Shown here piece by piece: positions 19,901 to 30,000 of a DNA stretch of 64,000 nucleotides (its first letter is position 1; the number at the start of each line of letters is the position of its first letter). The notes beneath the pieces are model-generated. The model ran no database searches, was not told the DNA's origin, and was given only the letters and a program-made list of their open reading frames with translations. The stretch covers positions 544,001 through 608,000 of the forward strand of contig CAWKFG010000004.1 of the NCBI GenBank assembly GCA_963848965.1. Reading direction: 5' to 3'. The stretch is from an uncultured bacterium (GTDB lineage: Bacteria > Babelota > Babeliae > Babelales > Babelaceae). Position numbers and translations under genes: made by a program.

Positions 19901-21901
19901 ATCTCTATTGTCAAAAGCTATAACAAAGGCATCACGTTGTTTATCGTCAACCGAAGATGTGGAAGCACATTGTAGTTCAATTATTTGCTGCGCTAATTCA
20001 TACTTCTTCTCTCGGATTGCATATAAAAATGGCGTACAGCCATCTCTGCTTATCTTTTTATTCTTAAAAAGAAGCAATGCTGCTTTTCTCTCTTCAGTTA
20101 AAGAACCCTTACGAATATCTGATTGCAATACCTGATATTTCTGTTGCAGAGCTTCTTTCTCCTTTTGCTCTCTTTCACGCAAAGGTGCATTAAGCCCTTC
20201 TACAACGGTTAAAAGCGTTGAAGCAATGAGCTTGCTTTTATGTTTTTGAGCATAATCACAAATGCTTATGCCATAAGGAGATAGTATACGAGGATCTGCT
20301 CCCATTTGAAGAAGTATCTCTACAAGTTCCTGATGCTCATGTTCTACTGCATACATGAGAGCAGTTACATTATACTCATTATGCTCATTGACATTAACAC
20401 CTTGAGCAAGAAGTTTTTTTACTGCGCTTACATTCTTAGTGTGTACTGCATACATAAGTTCTGTTGCTTTGTTTTCTTCAAGCCATGCACGTTTTTTTTG
20501 CATAAACTGCTCAATGCTCTGTACAATGGCTTTACCGTTATACTTTTTAGCCAGCACTAAAGCTGTTTCTCCTTTTGCGTTTACCAGACTAACATCTGCA
20601 CCATAGTCTAACAAAAGGTTTACTAAGGACAATCTATCAAGCATAACTGCATGCATTAACGCAGTATTTCCTTCGCTATCCTGTGTATCTACGTCTGTAT
20701 TATGCTCGTGCAAGAGCTCAATAATAGCTTTGCATCTGTCATTATCGTCTTTCTCTTCTTGCAATGCTTGTACTGCTAACATTAAAGCGGTTCTTTTATA
20801 CTTATCCTGTATATGCGGGTTTGCACCAGAACGGAGTAATAATTCTACATTATCAATATGTTTATAGGTAGCTGCAAGCATAAGCGGTGTATGGCCGTCA
20901 TTATTTTGCTTATTAATCGTATCTAGATCACAAAGCATTAATACACAACGGAAACTCTCTCCCTGAGCTGCATAATGGAGTGGCGTAGCGCCTTTTTTAT
21001 TACTTGTAGCACATGAAGCTTCATGCATAAGAAGTAAAGAAACGAGTTCAGTATTACCTGAAAGTGCTGCTCGCATAAGAGGAGTAACTCCCTCAGAAGT
21101 AGTTACCTCAGGATCCGCTTCAATAGAAAGCATATTCAACACCTTTTGATAATCCTGTTGCTCTACTGCTTCTATAAGCTTAGGAACTTTTATATAACTT
21201 GCCACTTGTTGTTGCTGTGAAGGCACCTTCTTAGAGACATTATATGTTTTTTGCCGCTGCACAAGCTCACGTATATCTTGTTCAATATGTGGCAACTTTT
21301 TGTTTATAAGAGGAAAGAGCGTAAGAATGTGCATGCTTTTACTAATACGAGGGCATCCCTTTATTACCATCTGTACTGGTACATCTTCATTATTACCAGA
21401 AGCAGGTATAACAGTAACGATATAGGTTTTATACATGCTACAGCTTTCACGTTTCTCTTCCTGTATATGTACCGTTCCCTCTGTCATAAGACGATGTATA
21501 TAGGCAATGACATCTTTTTTTTGCCAACCAACTGGGAAAAATGTTTTTACGTCTGCTACCCCTTGATGTATAACATAGCCTTGATGAAATTTTCCGCTAT
21601 CTTCTACGGCTACAACTTGATGTAAAGGGGTAAATGTACCAAGCGTTACTCCTTCTTTTAATAAAGACTTATGGGGCGCTGGTGCATATACATGGAAACC
21701 TGAAATCGTATGTACGTCTTTTGATACACATATTTTCTGGCATCTTACAACGTGATTAAGAACATCTTTTAACGGTAAAATGTGATGATATCCATCAAGA
21801 ACAAGCTCTACTGAGCTTTCACTTTCTATAATGGGAGTTTGTTCTTTCTCCATTGCAAAAAGAGCACTGCTCACACTTAAAAAGATAATAAATTTATACA
21901 T
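16925..21901 (-). CDS. Secreted EndoU-like nuclease / ankyrin-repeat protein, paralog 1
   Basis: Signal peptide ...LFA-MEKE; LNH(50)...SGFH(70)...K(119)TFFPVGW...ILTLFP; more than 20 ankyrin repeats. Confidence 0.85.
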   Translation of the reverse strand: MYKFIIFLSVSSALFAMEKEQTPIIESESSVELVLDGYHHILPLKDVLNHVVRCQKICVSKDVHTISGFHVYAPAPHKSLLKEGVTLGTFTPLHQVVAVEDSGKFHQGYVIHQGVADVKTFFPVGWQKKDVIAYIHRLMTEGTVHIQEEKRESCSMYKTYIVTVIPASGNNEDVPVQMVIKGCPRISKSMHILTLFPLINKKLPHIEQDIRELVQRQKTYNVSKKVPSQQQQVASYIKVPKLIEAVEQQDYQKVLNMLSIEADPEVTTSEGVTPLMRAALSGNTELVSLLLMHEASCATSNKKGATPLHYAAQGESFRCVLMLCDLDTINKQNNDGHTPLMLAATYKHIDNVELLLRSGANPHIQDKYKRTALMLAVQALQEEKDDNDRCKAIIELLHEHNTDVDTQDSEGNTALMHAVMLDRLSLVNLLLDYGADVSLVNAKGETALVLAKKYNGKAIVQSIEQFMQKKRAWLEENKATELMYAVHTKNVSAVKKLLAQGVNVNEHNEYNVTALMYAVEHEHQELVEILLQMGADPRILSPYGISICDYAQKHKSKLIASTLLTVVEGLNAPLREREQKEKEALQQKYQVLQSDIRKGSLTEERKAALLLFKNKKISRDGCTPFLYAIREKKYELAQQIIELQCASTSSVDDKQRDAFVIAFDNRDTASMKLLIEHGIIREESILTCCKRALDNKDIELVRFIASQLPTLVYKMILNIAREGDISLFNLCLAQEIVKFGVQQAGEALLELVSTCSVEIVEAFLTYYPRALDYANEHGETIVMRAVKSHNIKMVTVLCSSGADIHAKTKAGHTALYYAQSQTPLVACLQEFEQKRKEEALQAQEHERRQRVTEELKAQGYCHAMIAAYFNDHQTLRQGITSDLNYVHERGITPLIVAVQQGNTEAVQALLECPHLELNTQDNQGCTALHYAVLGKRYEISSMLVQSGASVLCRNKAGKTISDLINFKGIPQTLKELVKQAETREMEILCRKLAAFSELTELSQESVGEEFETLNRNSFLELLNDKHKLEIIEYLIKEKKTGALRLLFDKAKYGYLVKSKEVENFLFSYGVTYDLIKLCLDYGLPATYKMLFLVLAVDAWDIAELLVQKGNLDISTISDFSEELKDFIIRNKVTALEFLLKQGLPINIQDKDGSTPLTYACDAESKEVVEMLLKVPSIDIHHVNKRGWTPLMAACIQGSREIVEILLRAGACITESDPCGAIALSAACISKTKDRDVVKMLLCHGADPKYVLPNGNTVLHCACDSSVPEVVKCLIEAGANPHARNTAGMTPLMQALIKGNEEIVQLLLSLPHIDVEGCDNNGNSPLILALSQGSYETVKLLLEYGANVNRLTTQGGTLLLVACEKQDEKLMQLLLDAGADIDQQNKLGGTPLIGACEKKNKELVTLLLERGANIEKSNKFGGNPLLAAVEVNSLDIVQLLLNKGACPNVQNFAGGTPLMGAAERGSYDIVKLLVEKGAKLDIVSKEGCTALLFACMNQRLDVARYLIEKGASINIQNKIGNTALILACDNRTLGSSLTVESTKKQEELVKLLLQAGANVQLKNQDGFDAIDLAGKVSAIGVKKILTQHMKKLQRKGPKLKKELAEVRQILDVGSLARKEMQELEECCKKANLDGGGEALFEERIKEFEERYKKQDEEKK

Positions 21902-21913
21902 AGCTTATCTCAC

Positions 21914-24900
21914 TTATTTTTTCTTAGCACGTATATGTTCAAGTAAAAGAGCTTGAATTTCTTTATGTTTTAACTCAGACGCTAGAGTAAGCGCATCCTT
22001 CCTTTGGTTATTTTTTATAGAGCAATCAGCACCATGCTGCAAAAGCACCTGCACAACCTCTTTACGATTATTCATAGCCGCATGCATAAGTGCAGTATTG
22101 CCAGAAATTTCTTGTATATTTACATCTGCCTTATACTTTAACAAAGAATTGACTATTCTTAAAAATCCATGAGAAGATGCTGTAATTAAAGCAGTACAAC
22201 TTTGAACTCCCTGTATATTAACATGAGCGCCAGCTTTTAGTAAATGCTCTACTGTATCTGCACATCCACTTGCTGCAGCACACAACAGAGGGGTATTTTT
22301 ATCTATCCCTGCTTTATTAACATTTACACCATACTTAATCAGAAGCTCAACAACAGAAGCAGTATCTTTAAGAGTACATAATCTTATTAAAACAGGATTT
22401 CCCTGCTTATCAAGTGAGTTAGGTGAAACTTCTGCTTCCAATAAAAGCTTAATTATTGGGTAATTACCAAGGTGACAGGCAGCAACAAATGCCATAGCTT
22501 TATACGTGTCTTTTATTTCCTGGGATAAAAGATACCGCACAACTTCAACTTGGTCTGCCGCTACAGCCGATATAAGAGGATTAAAATTTTTATCAACAGT
22601 ATGTACATCAGCACCCTTTGCTATAAGGAATCGCGCTAACCGTTCATGCCCTTTAGTACATGCATAGGTAAGAGCACTGTAGTTGTCTTTCGTTACAGCG
22701 TTTATTAAAGCTCCACGAGCCAAAAGTAGTATCACAATATCTTCATGATTCTTATCACACGCAACTGTTAAAGGAGTTCGTCCATCTGGAAGTTTAACGT
22801 TAGCGGATGCTCCTCGATCTAAGAAATACCGCACCATATCAGGCCTATTTTCTAGCACAGGAGCAAAGAGGATATGTGAGGCCTTTTTTTCATCACAGCT
22901 ATCCATATCTAAGCCATGGCTCAATAAAAATTCTACTACTTCTTCATTACCTCTACAGCTTACATTCCAAAATATATTACGCCACATATGATCATTCTTA
23001 TCTACAGAAGGATAGTAAGAAAACAGTAAACGTGCTATTTCATTCGTTTTTCTATCAATAGCAATTCTAAAAGCATTTCCGCTCATGTTATTTTTTATAG
23101 AAACATCCGCACCTGCTTGCAAAAGAAGTTTCACAACTTCCGTATGTCCCATAAAACATGCAAGATGAAGAGCGGTATTTCCTTCATTGTTTGCACAATT
23201 AACCCGAGCACCTTTTTTAAGAAAGAACCTTACCAGTGGAACTCGTCCTGCCTGGCTTGCCACCATAAGCGGAGTACCATCATTCTTATCTGCCATATTA
23301 ACATCGGCTCCAGCATCAAGTAAAAAGGTAATAAGCTCATCCTGCTTTTCCATACAAGCAGCTAACAAAGGAGTAATGCCATCAGTCTCATCACAACAAT
23401 TGAGAGAGACACCTTTTTTTACAAGAAGTTCAATAAGCCCCTTAACGTTGTTTATATGAAGGAGTCTATGAAGTATCAAGCCAGGAAAATCATTTCTTAT
23501 GCGCCTACAGAGTTCAACCAAAACATTCGAAGCTAGCTGCCTGTTTTCAGATACAGATTCATGACAATATTCAATTAAGAACTTTATAGTATCTTCAGAA
23601 AAGTTTCTTTGTATAAGATTCAGAAGCATGCGCCATGTAACAGGAGCTCCATATCTAATAAGCAATTGAGCTTTTTCAAATGCACTTTCATCTTGCATTT
23701 CTATATTCCAGGTTTTTAGCATTGATAAATGATCTGTTTTTTTAAGAAGTATTTCAACACTATCAAGATGACCATTATTCAACAGAACCGCAATAATTGT
23801 TTCTTTAAACTTTGTTCTAAAAAAGTTAAAAGGCGTACGAGCATTAATCTCATCAAAGCGTTTTTCTTTTTCTACAGTTGAAACATCTTCTGACAAACTA
23901 TCAATAATTGCTTGAATTTCTCCTACTTCAGCTGCTAGAAGCAGTTCTTTTATATGAGTGGCTGTAGCTTTTAAACTTACTATATTCGATGCTACTTTAA
24001 ACAGCTCTTCCATCTGCACAGCAGATAGTTTTAAATTAAGCATGTCAAAAGCCGTTCTTTGGTTATTATCAACAATTAAAGCAGCTACTCCACTGCGCAC
24101 TAACTCTTCTGCAATAGTATGATGCTTATTAAGCACAGCATACATAAGAGCAGTTAAACCTTGGTTATCTTTTTGGTTTTTATTACATCCCTGTTTTTTC
24201 ACAAGCGCTCTTATTGCCTCTAGATGTCCTTTTTGAGCTGCTATCATTAAAGCCGTTGTACCATCTTTAGTAGCGCAATTAACATCACATGTTATATCAT
24301 TCTCAATAGCTTTATCATCATTATAATGAGCAGCTATCATTAAAGCTGAATATCCTTGGATTCTGAGCCCTTCAACTGTCTTTTGTATGTGTTCTCGCTC
24401 TTGTGCTTGAACAGTTGTTTTCACTTTCGCTTGCTCAATCTTTTGTAATAGCATAAAGACAGGACTTTTAGAATGTGTATAATCAAACACAGTACGCCCA
24501 CTGGTTGTTCTACTTTCTAAAGATGCACCTGCATTGTATAATCGAGTTATAACATCTTCTCTCTGAACTTTTGCAGCTATCATAAGCGCTGTTTCTCCGT
24601 ACCCATTAGCATACATCACAGTAGCAGGATAGCATGCAATAATAAGGTCAATAATAGCTGTAGTAGATCTTTGTACTGCAGCTACTAAAAGTTCACCTGC
24701 CTGCACCTCATCAAGTTGTAGACCACTATGCTCTAAAAGAAACTCAACGCATTCTTTATCTGGTTTAGAAAGAGCATTATATAACATCTTTATGAGTACA
24801 TAAGGAACAGTATGCGCAAATACCTCTAATAAAGCATTTTTTTGGGTAGTCATTGCTTTTTGAAAGCACTGTTCTATAGTACTTTCCTTTGGTATACCAT

Positions 24901-26929
24901 GGTTGAAAAGAAGCTTAATCATTATAAGATCTTCATTATCGCATGCAATAGAAAGAGCGTCTCTCTTATTATCATCCAAAGCATACGAGACAAACTGCTC
25001 TTTTATCATCTGTTCTACGAGGTTATATTTCTTCTCTCGTACCGCGTATAAAAATGGCGTACAGCCATCTTTAGATATCTTACGCTCTTGCAAAATAGAA
25101 AGCGCTTCTCTTCCTGCTTGAGTTAAACAGTCATGAGCAAGATCTGATTGCAAAGCTTTTAATTTCTCTTGTAATACTATTTTTTCTTTTTGCTCTTTCT
25201 CTTTGAAGGAAGCAGCATATTTTTCCATATGTCTTTCTACAAGAAGCTTTATCCTTTGGTCTATCTGTGTGCTTTCTTGTACATACTGATATAGCGGATA
25301 TTTATAAGGAGTTGTAAGCCGAGGATCGGCATCAGTCTCTAAAAGTTGTTGTAAAAGTTTTATGTTATTGGTTTCTACAGCAAAAAACAGTGCTGTATGA
25401 CCATAAGCCCCTTGCTCATTGCTATCTGCACCTGAGGCAAGCATCTTTTTTACCTTATTTTCATTACCAGTAAAAACAGCATACATAAGTTCCGTTGCTG
25501 CGCATTCTCGTAACCACTCATGCTTTTCTTGTATATGTTTTTCAATACAATGTGCAATAGCAGTATATGAACGCTTTTTTGCTAAACTTAAAGCAGATTC
25601 TCCCTTTTTATTTTTCATCTCTGTATCTGCATAAAATCTCAAAAGGAGTTCAACAAAAGATAAACGGTCAAGGTCCGTTGCATGCATTAAAGCCGTCATC
25701 TCGTCTGTATCATATGCATCTCTATCTGCTCCGTGCATAAGCAAGAGCTCTATAAGAGCTTTACACAACAAAAGATCTTCTTTCTTTCTATGCACTGCAG
25801 TTACTGCCATACTTAAAGGAGTTCGCTTATAGGTATCTCTGCAATTGGTATCTGCACCAAAACGTACTAAAAGCTCTGCAATATCAACAAGTTTCTGATC
25901 AATAGCAAGCATAAGTGGAGTTATACCTTCGTTATTAGGCCTATTAATAGTTTCTTTATCTAAAAGGCTTAATACACAGTGGAAATCTCCTGAGAGTACT
26001 GCATAATGCAATGGAGTATTGCCTTTATGATCTCAAGCTGTTTTAGATGCATTGTTAAGAAGCAACAGAGATACAAGTTCCCACTCTCCACTTCGTGCTG
26101 CTTTCATTAAAGGAGTTGTTCCTTCTTGAGTAGCTCCTTCAATATTAGCTCCTAATGAAATAAGATGTGTTACACGTTGAAAATCTTTTTGCTCTATAGC
26201 TGTAAATAATTTTGAAACTTTAACTCGTTTTTTCCTTTGTGCTTGCTGGCAGGGAAGCCTTTGCTCAAGCAAATATTTTTTTTGTTCTTGTATACAAGCA
26301 TGAACGCTCACTTCAAGAGAAGAAAGATTTCCTTTAATAAGAGGAAAAAGAGTAATAATGCGCATGAGTCTTTCTGCTTTTGGACATCCCTTAAGAACCA
26401 TATATAAAGGAGTATCTTCTGAGTGCGCTTGAGATGGCACTAAAGTAACTTGATATGTTTTAAAGCTGCTAGAGCTTTCTTGAGCCTCTTCTTTAATTTT
26501 TACAGTTCCTTCTGCCATAAGGCGATGTATATAGGCAATAATATCCTTTCTCTGCCATCCTACAGGAAAAAATGCCTTAGGGCATGCTACGCCAAAGTAG
26601 ACAACATATCCCTTATGAAACTTTGTTATATCTCCTAATGCTAGTACTTTATGAAGAGGACTAAACGCACTAATAGTCTCTTTACCATCACTTGTAGTCT
26701 TTATTGAAGGATATACATGAAAGCCAGAGATAGTAAGCTCTTCTCTTGATTTTGGCACTTGCTGGCAACCATAGAGGTGATTGAGGACATCTTTTAGTGG
26801 TAAAATATGATGTACTCCATCAAGAACAAGTTCTAGCGAACTTTCTGCTTCTATAATCTGCTCTTGCTCTTTTTCCATAGCCCAAAGAGTCGGCACTATG
26901 CTTAAAAAAAGCGCTAATAATATATACAT
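21914..26929 (-). pseudogene. Secreted EndoU-like nuclease / ankyrin-repeat protein, paralog 2, interrupted by one in-frame TGA
   Basis: ORFs 26033..26929 and 21914..26011 are in the same frame, reading SKTA*DHKGNTPLHYAV. Motifs LNH...SGFH...PKAFFPVGW...IITLFP. Confidence 0.85.
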
Positions 26930-26969
26930 TATGTGTCCTACAAATTTTAGGATTTATTTTTTAGAGTAA

Positions 26970-26996
26970 GGGCTGTTGCGATTTAAGCAACAGCCC
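26970..26996 (-). terminator. Hairpin between paralogs 3 and 2
   Basis: GGGCTGTTGC/GCAACAGCCC 10-bp stem with only a weak U-tract. Confidence 0.55.
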
Positions 26997-27003
26997 GCTT
27001 CCG

Positions 27004-30000
27004 TTAGTGTGGTGGTTGCTCGGCACTTGTTTGTTTTGCATATTCAAGAACGAGTTTTTTGATCTCTAATGCTCGAGCGTCCATGTCTCTTAACTGATGT
27101 TTTTTATATCTTTGAGCGTACGTCATATTTCCTGTACCTGTATTAAAAGTAAGTGCCATACCTCCATTATACTTACCAGGTCGCACGATATCAAACACAG
27201 TGCTACCCTCTTTATTTTTAAGCGAAAGATTTACTCTACGCGTAGAGAGTAATAACTGCACGATTTCCTTATGATTATTATAGCATGCGATTATTAAAGG
27301 AGTGTCCGCTTCTAAAATAACACAGACTGCCTGACTTGTAGGGTTCATAAAAATATACGCTGGCATCTGCGAAGAATATGTCTTAAGTCTTACTTGAGCA
27401 TTAACATCTGCACTTGCTTCAAGTAGAAGCTTTACAATATCTGCTCTTCCTATAGAACATGCTTTTGCTAAAGGAGTAAGGCCAGCTTCATCTAAAATAT
27501 TTGTACGTGCACCAGCTGCTAGTAAAAGCTGTACTATTTGAGCGTGGCCTCTATCACATGCACACCGTAAAGGAATCATTCCTGGACTGCCCTGAGCATT
27601 TACATCTATTCCTTTTTTAATAAGATAGTGCACTATTTCGGCTTCTCCTACTGCACATGCTAAGCAAAAGAAATTGATAACATCTTTCTTAGTTACATCT
27701 ACCTTAATAGCTTCAGAAAGTAAAAGCTCTCTAAATATTCTTCTACTTTGCAAATACTTTTCATCAAAAATATGCAGCTCAGAAATTCCTTCTTTATAAT
27801 GAGCATCTAATGAAGCACCAGCTTCAAATAAAACCTTTACTATCTCCTTATGTCCGCTTAAAGCAGCAAGCAAAAGAGCTGTATGAGCATGATCACACGT
27901 CTGATTAGGATTTGCGCCCAAATGTAGTAATAATTTTACTGCCTCTAGATTGCCTTGTTCTGCTGCAATAAGAAGAGCTGTATGACCATCAGCAATTTTA
28001 CCATCTACGGGTACACCAGCTTGTACAAGTTGATATACGATAGCAGAATGATTGTTAACAATTGCCGAATATAATGCCGTCAATCCTTTAACATCAGAAG
28101 TATTTACATGAGCGCCTGCTTTTATAAGCGCTGCTACTACATCTGCATATCCTTCTTCAGCCGCATGCATTAACGCAGTACACTTTTCCTCATCTTGAGC
28201 ATTCACATTCGCTCCACGCTTAAGAAGTAAAGAAACAATCTCAAGGTTTCCTTTATTTGCAGCATCTTGTAAAGCAGTCCATCCTTCACTATCAGCCTGA
28301 TCAATAGAGGCGCCTGCTTGCAATAAAAGTTTTCCTGCTTTTTTATTACCTACCCGGCAGGCAACACCTAGAAGATGAACACCACTATAGTTGTGATTTA
28401 CGTCTTTTATATAGCCTGTAATAAAGCGTGGTAGGACAACGCCTTCTTTGTCATGTTCACAAAGTGCTGAAAATATGCTAACACTCTCTTCATTACCACC
28501 CATTTCTACAGTACCTGTATTTAATAAAAGCTGTGCTAATGCAAGTTTACCTGCTTCTAAGGCAGACAGTACTATCTTAGCAGGAATACAAGTATAATAG
28601 TTTAGAAGAGTAATAACGATCGCAGAATCATTACATTGTACAGCATATTCTAAAGGATCAAGAAGCGCTTTTTCCTGCTTTTTTTGTGGATAAGGCATAA
28701 CATTAAGAAGCATCTTAAGCATATCTGCTCGACCTAATCCAACAACCTGATTAATAAGGTATATTTTATCATCATCATGCAACTTCCTTAAATGAAATTT
28801 AAATCTATCAAAATAAGTTGCAATTTCAGCAGGAACAGACATTTTTGCTCCTAAGCTTAGATATATAGATAACTCTTGCCGCAGTTTTCGTTTTGCAGAT
28901 TCTTTAACAAATGGAGGAACTTCTTGCATCTCAAGCAGTTGCATAATACTTTCACCAGCTTTATTTACAAAGCATACAACCGCCCCTGCAGCTATAAGAG
29001 CTTGTGCAATTTCATAGTGCTTGTATTTTACTGCATACATTAAAGCAGTATTGCTTATTACATCTGCCTGATTTACCTTGACACCTTGTTTTGCAAGAAG
29101 CATACGAACCATATCACTCGCTCCTTGACAAGCTGCAATCATAAGAGCAGTCTGCTTTGATTTGTCACATGCATTTACGTCATCATTACTACGTTGAACA
29201 GCTTCTTTTTCACCAAAATGAACAGCTATCATTAACGGAGTACACCCTTCTTCTTCGAGCTTCTTTTGTACAAGCTCTTTAGTTTGTAAGTGTTGTACTC
29301 TCAGAGCTTCTTCTTTTTTCCTTTTCTCAGGAGTTTCTAATAGATTGCATAAATGAGCATTATATTTTGCATGATCTAGAGCACTAGCACCATCTTTATC
29401 TTTCAGATGTATATTTGCACCAGCATTAGAAAGCAGTTCAACAATACTATAACGCTCTAACTTTACCGCTCTCATAAGCGGAGTTTCTCCTCTTTCATAA
29501 GCATAATCAATACCAAAAGCACAGTATTTAAGCATGATTTTAACTATACTTTCATCTAAGCTTTGAATAGCTTCAAACAGAAGTTGTCCTGCTTGCTCTG
29601 GTGTAAGTTCAATAATATGTTCTTGAAAGATAAGTTCCACTGTGCTTACTTCATGCTTTGTTATGGCTTTGCGGATAAAACTATAGACAGTGTACAGTGC
29701 TTTTTGGGCAAGAAGTCGTGCACGTGCGTACTTTTTATGTGTAAGCACAGCCGTAAAATTATGCTCTATACTAGATCCTCTCACTTTTCCGCTTGCAATA
29801 AGCAAAGATACCATTTCACTATCTTCATTATCAAGTGCAATACAAAGAGCATCTCTATTGTTACTATCTTCAGCTTGAGTAGATGCTCCTAAAGCAAGTA
29901 ATTGAGATACTGCATTATACTTGCGCTCTCGCACTGCATAGAGTAAAGGAGTACAGCCATCCTTACTCATAGCTTGATTATTAAATTGCGAAATGATCTC

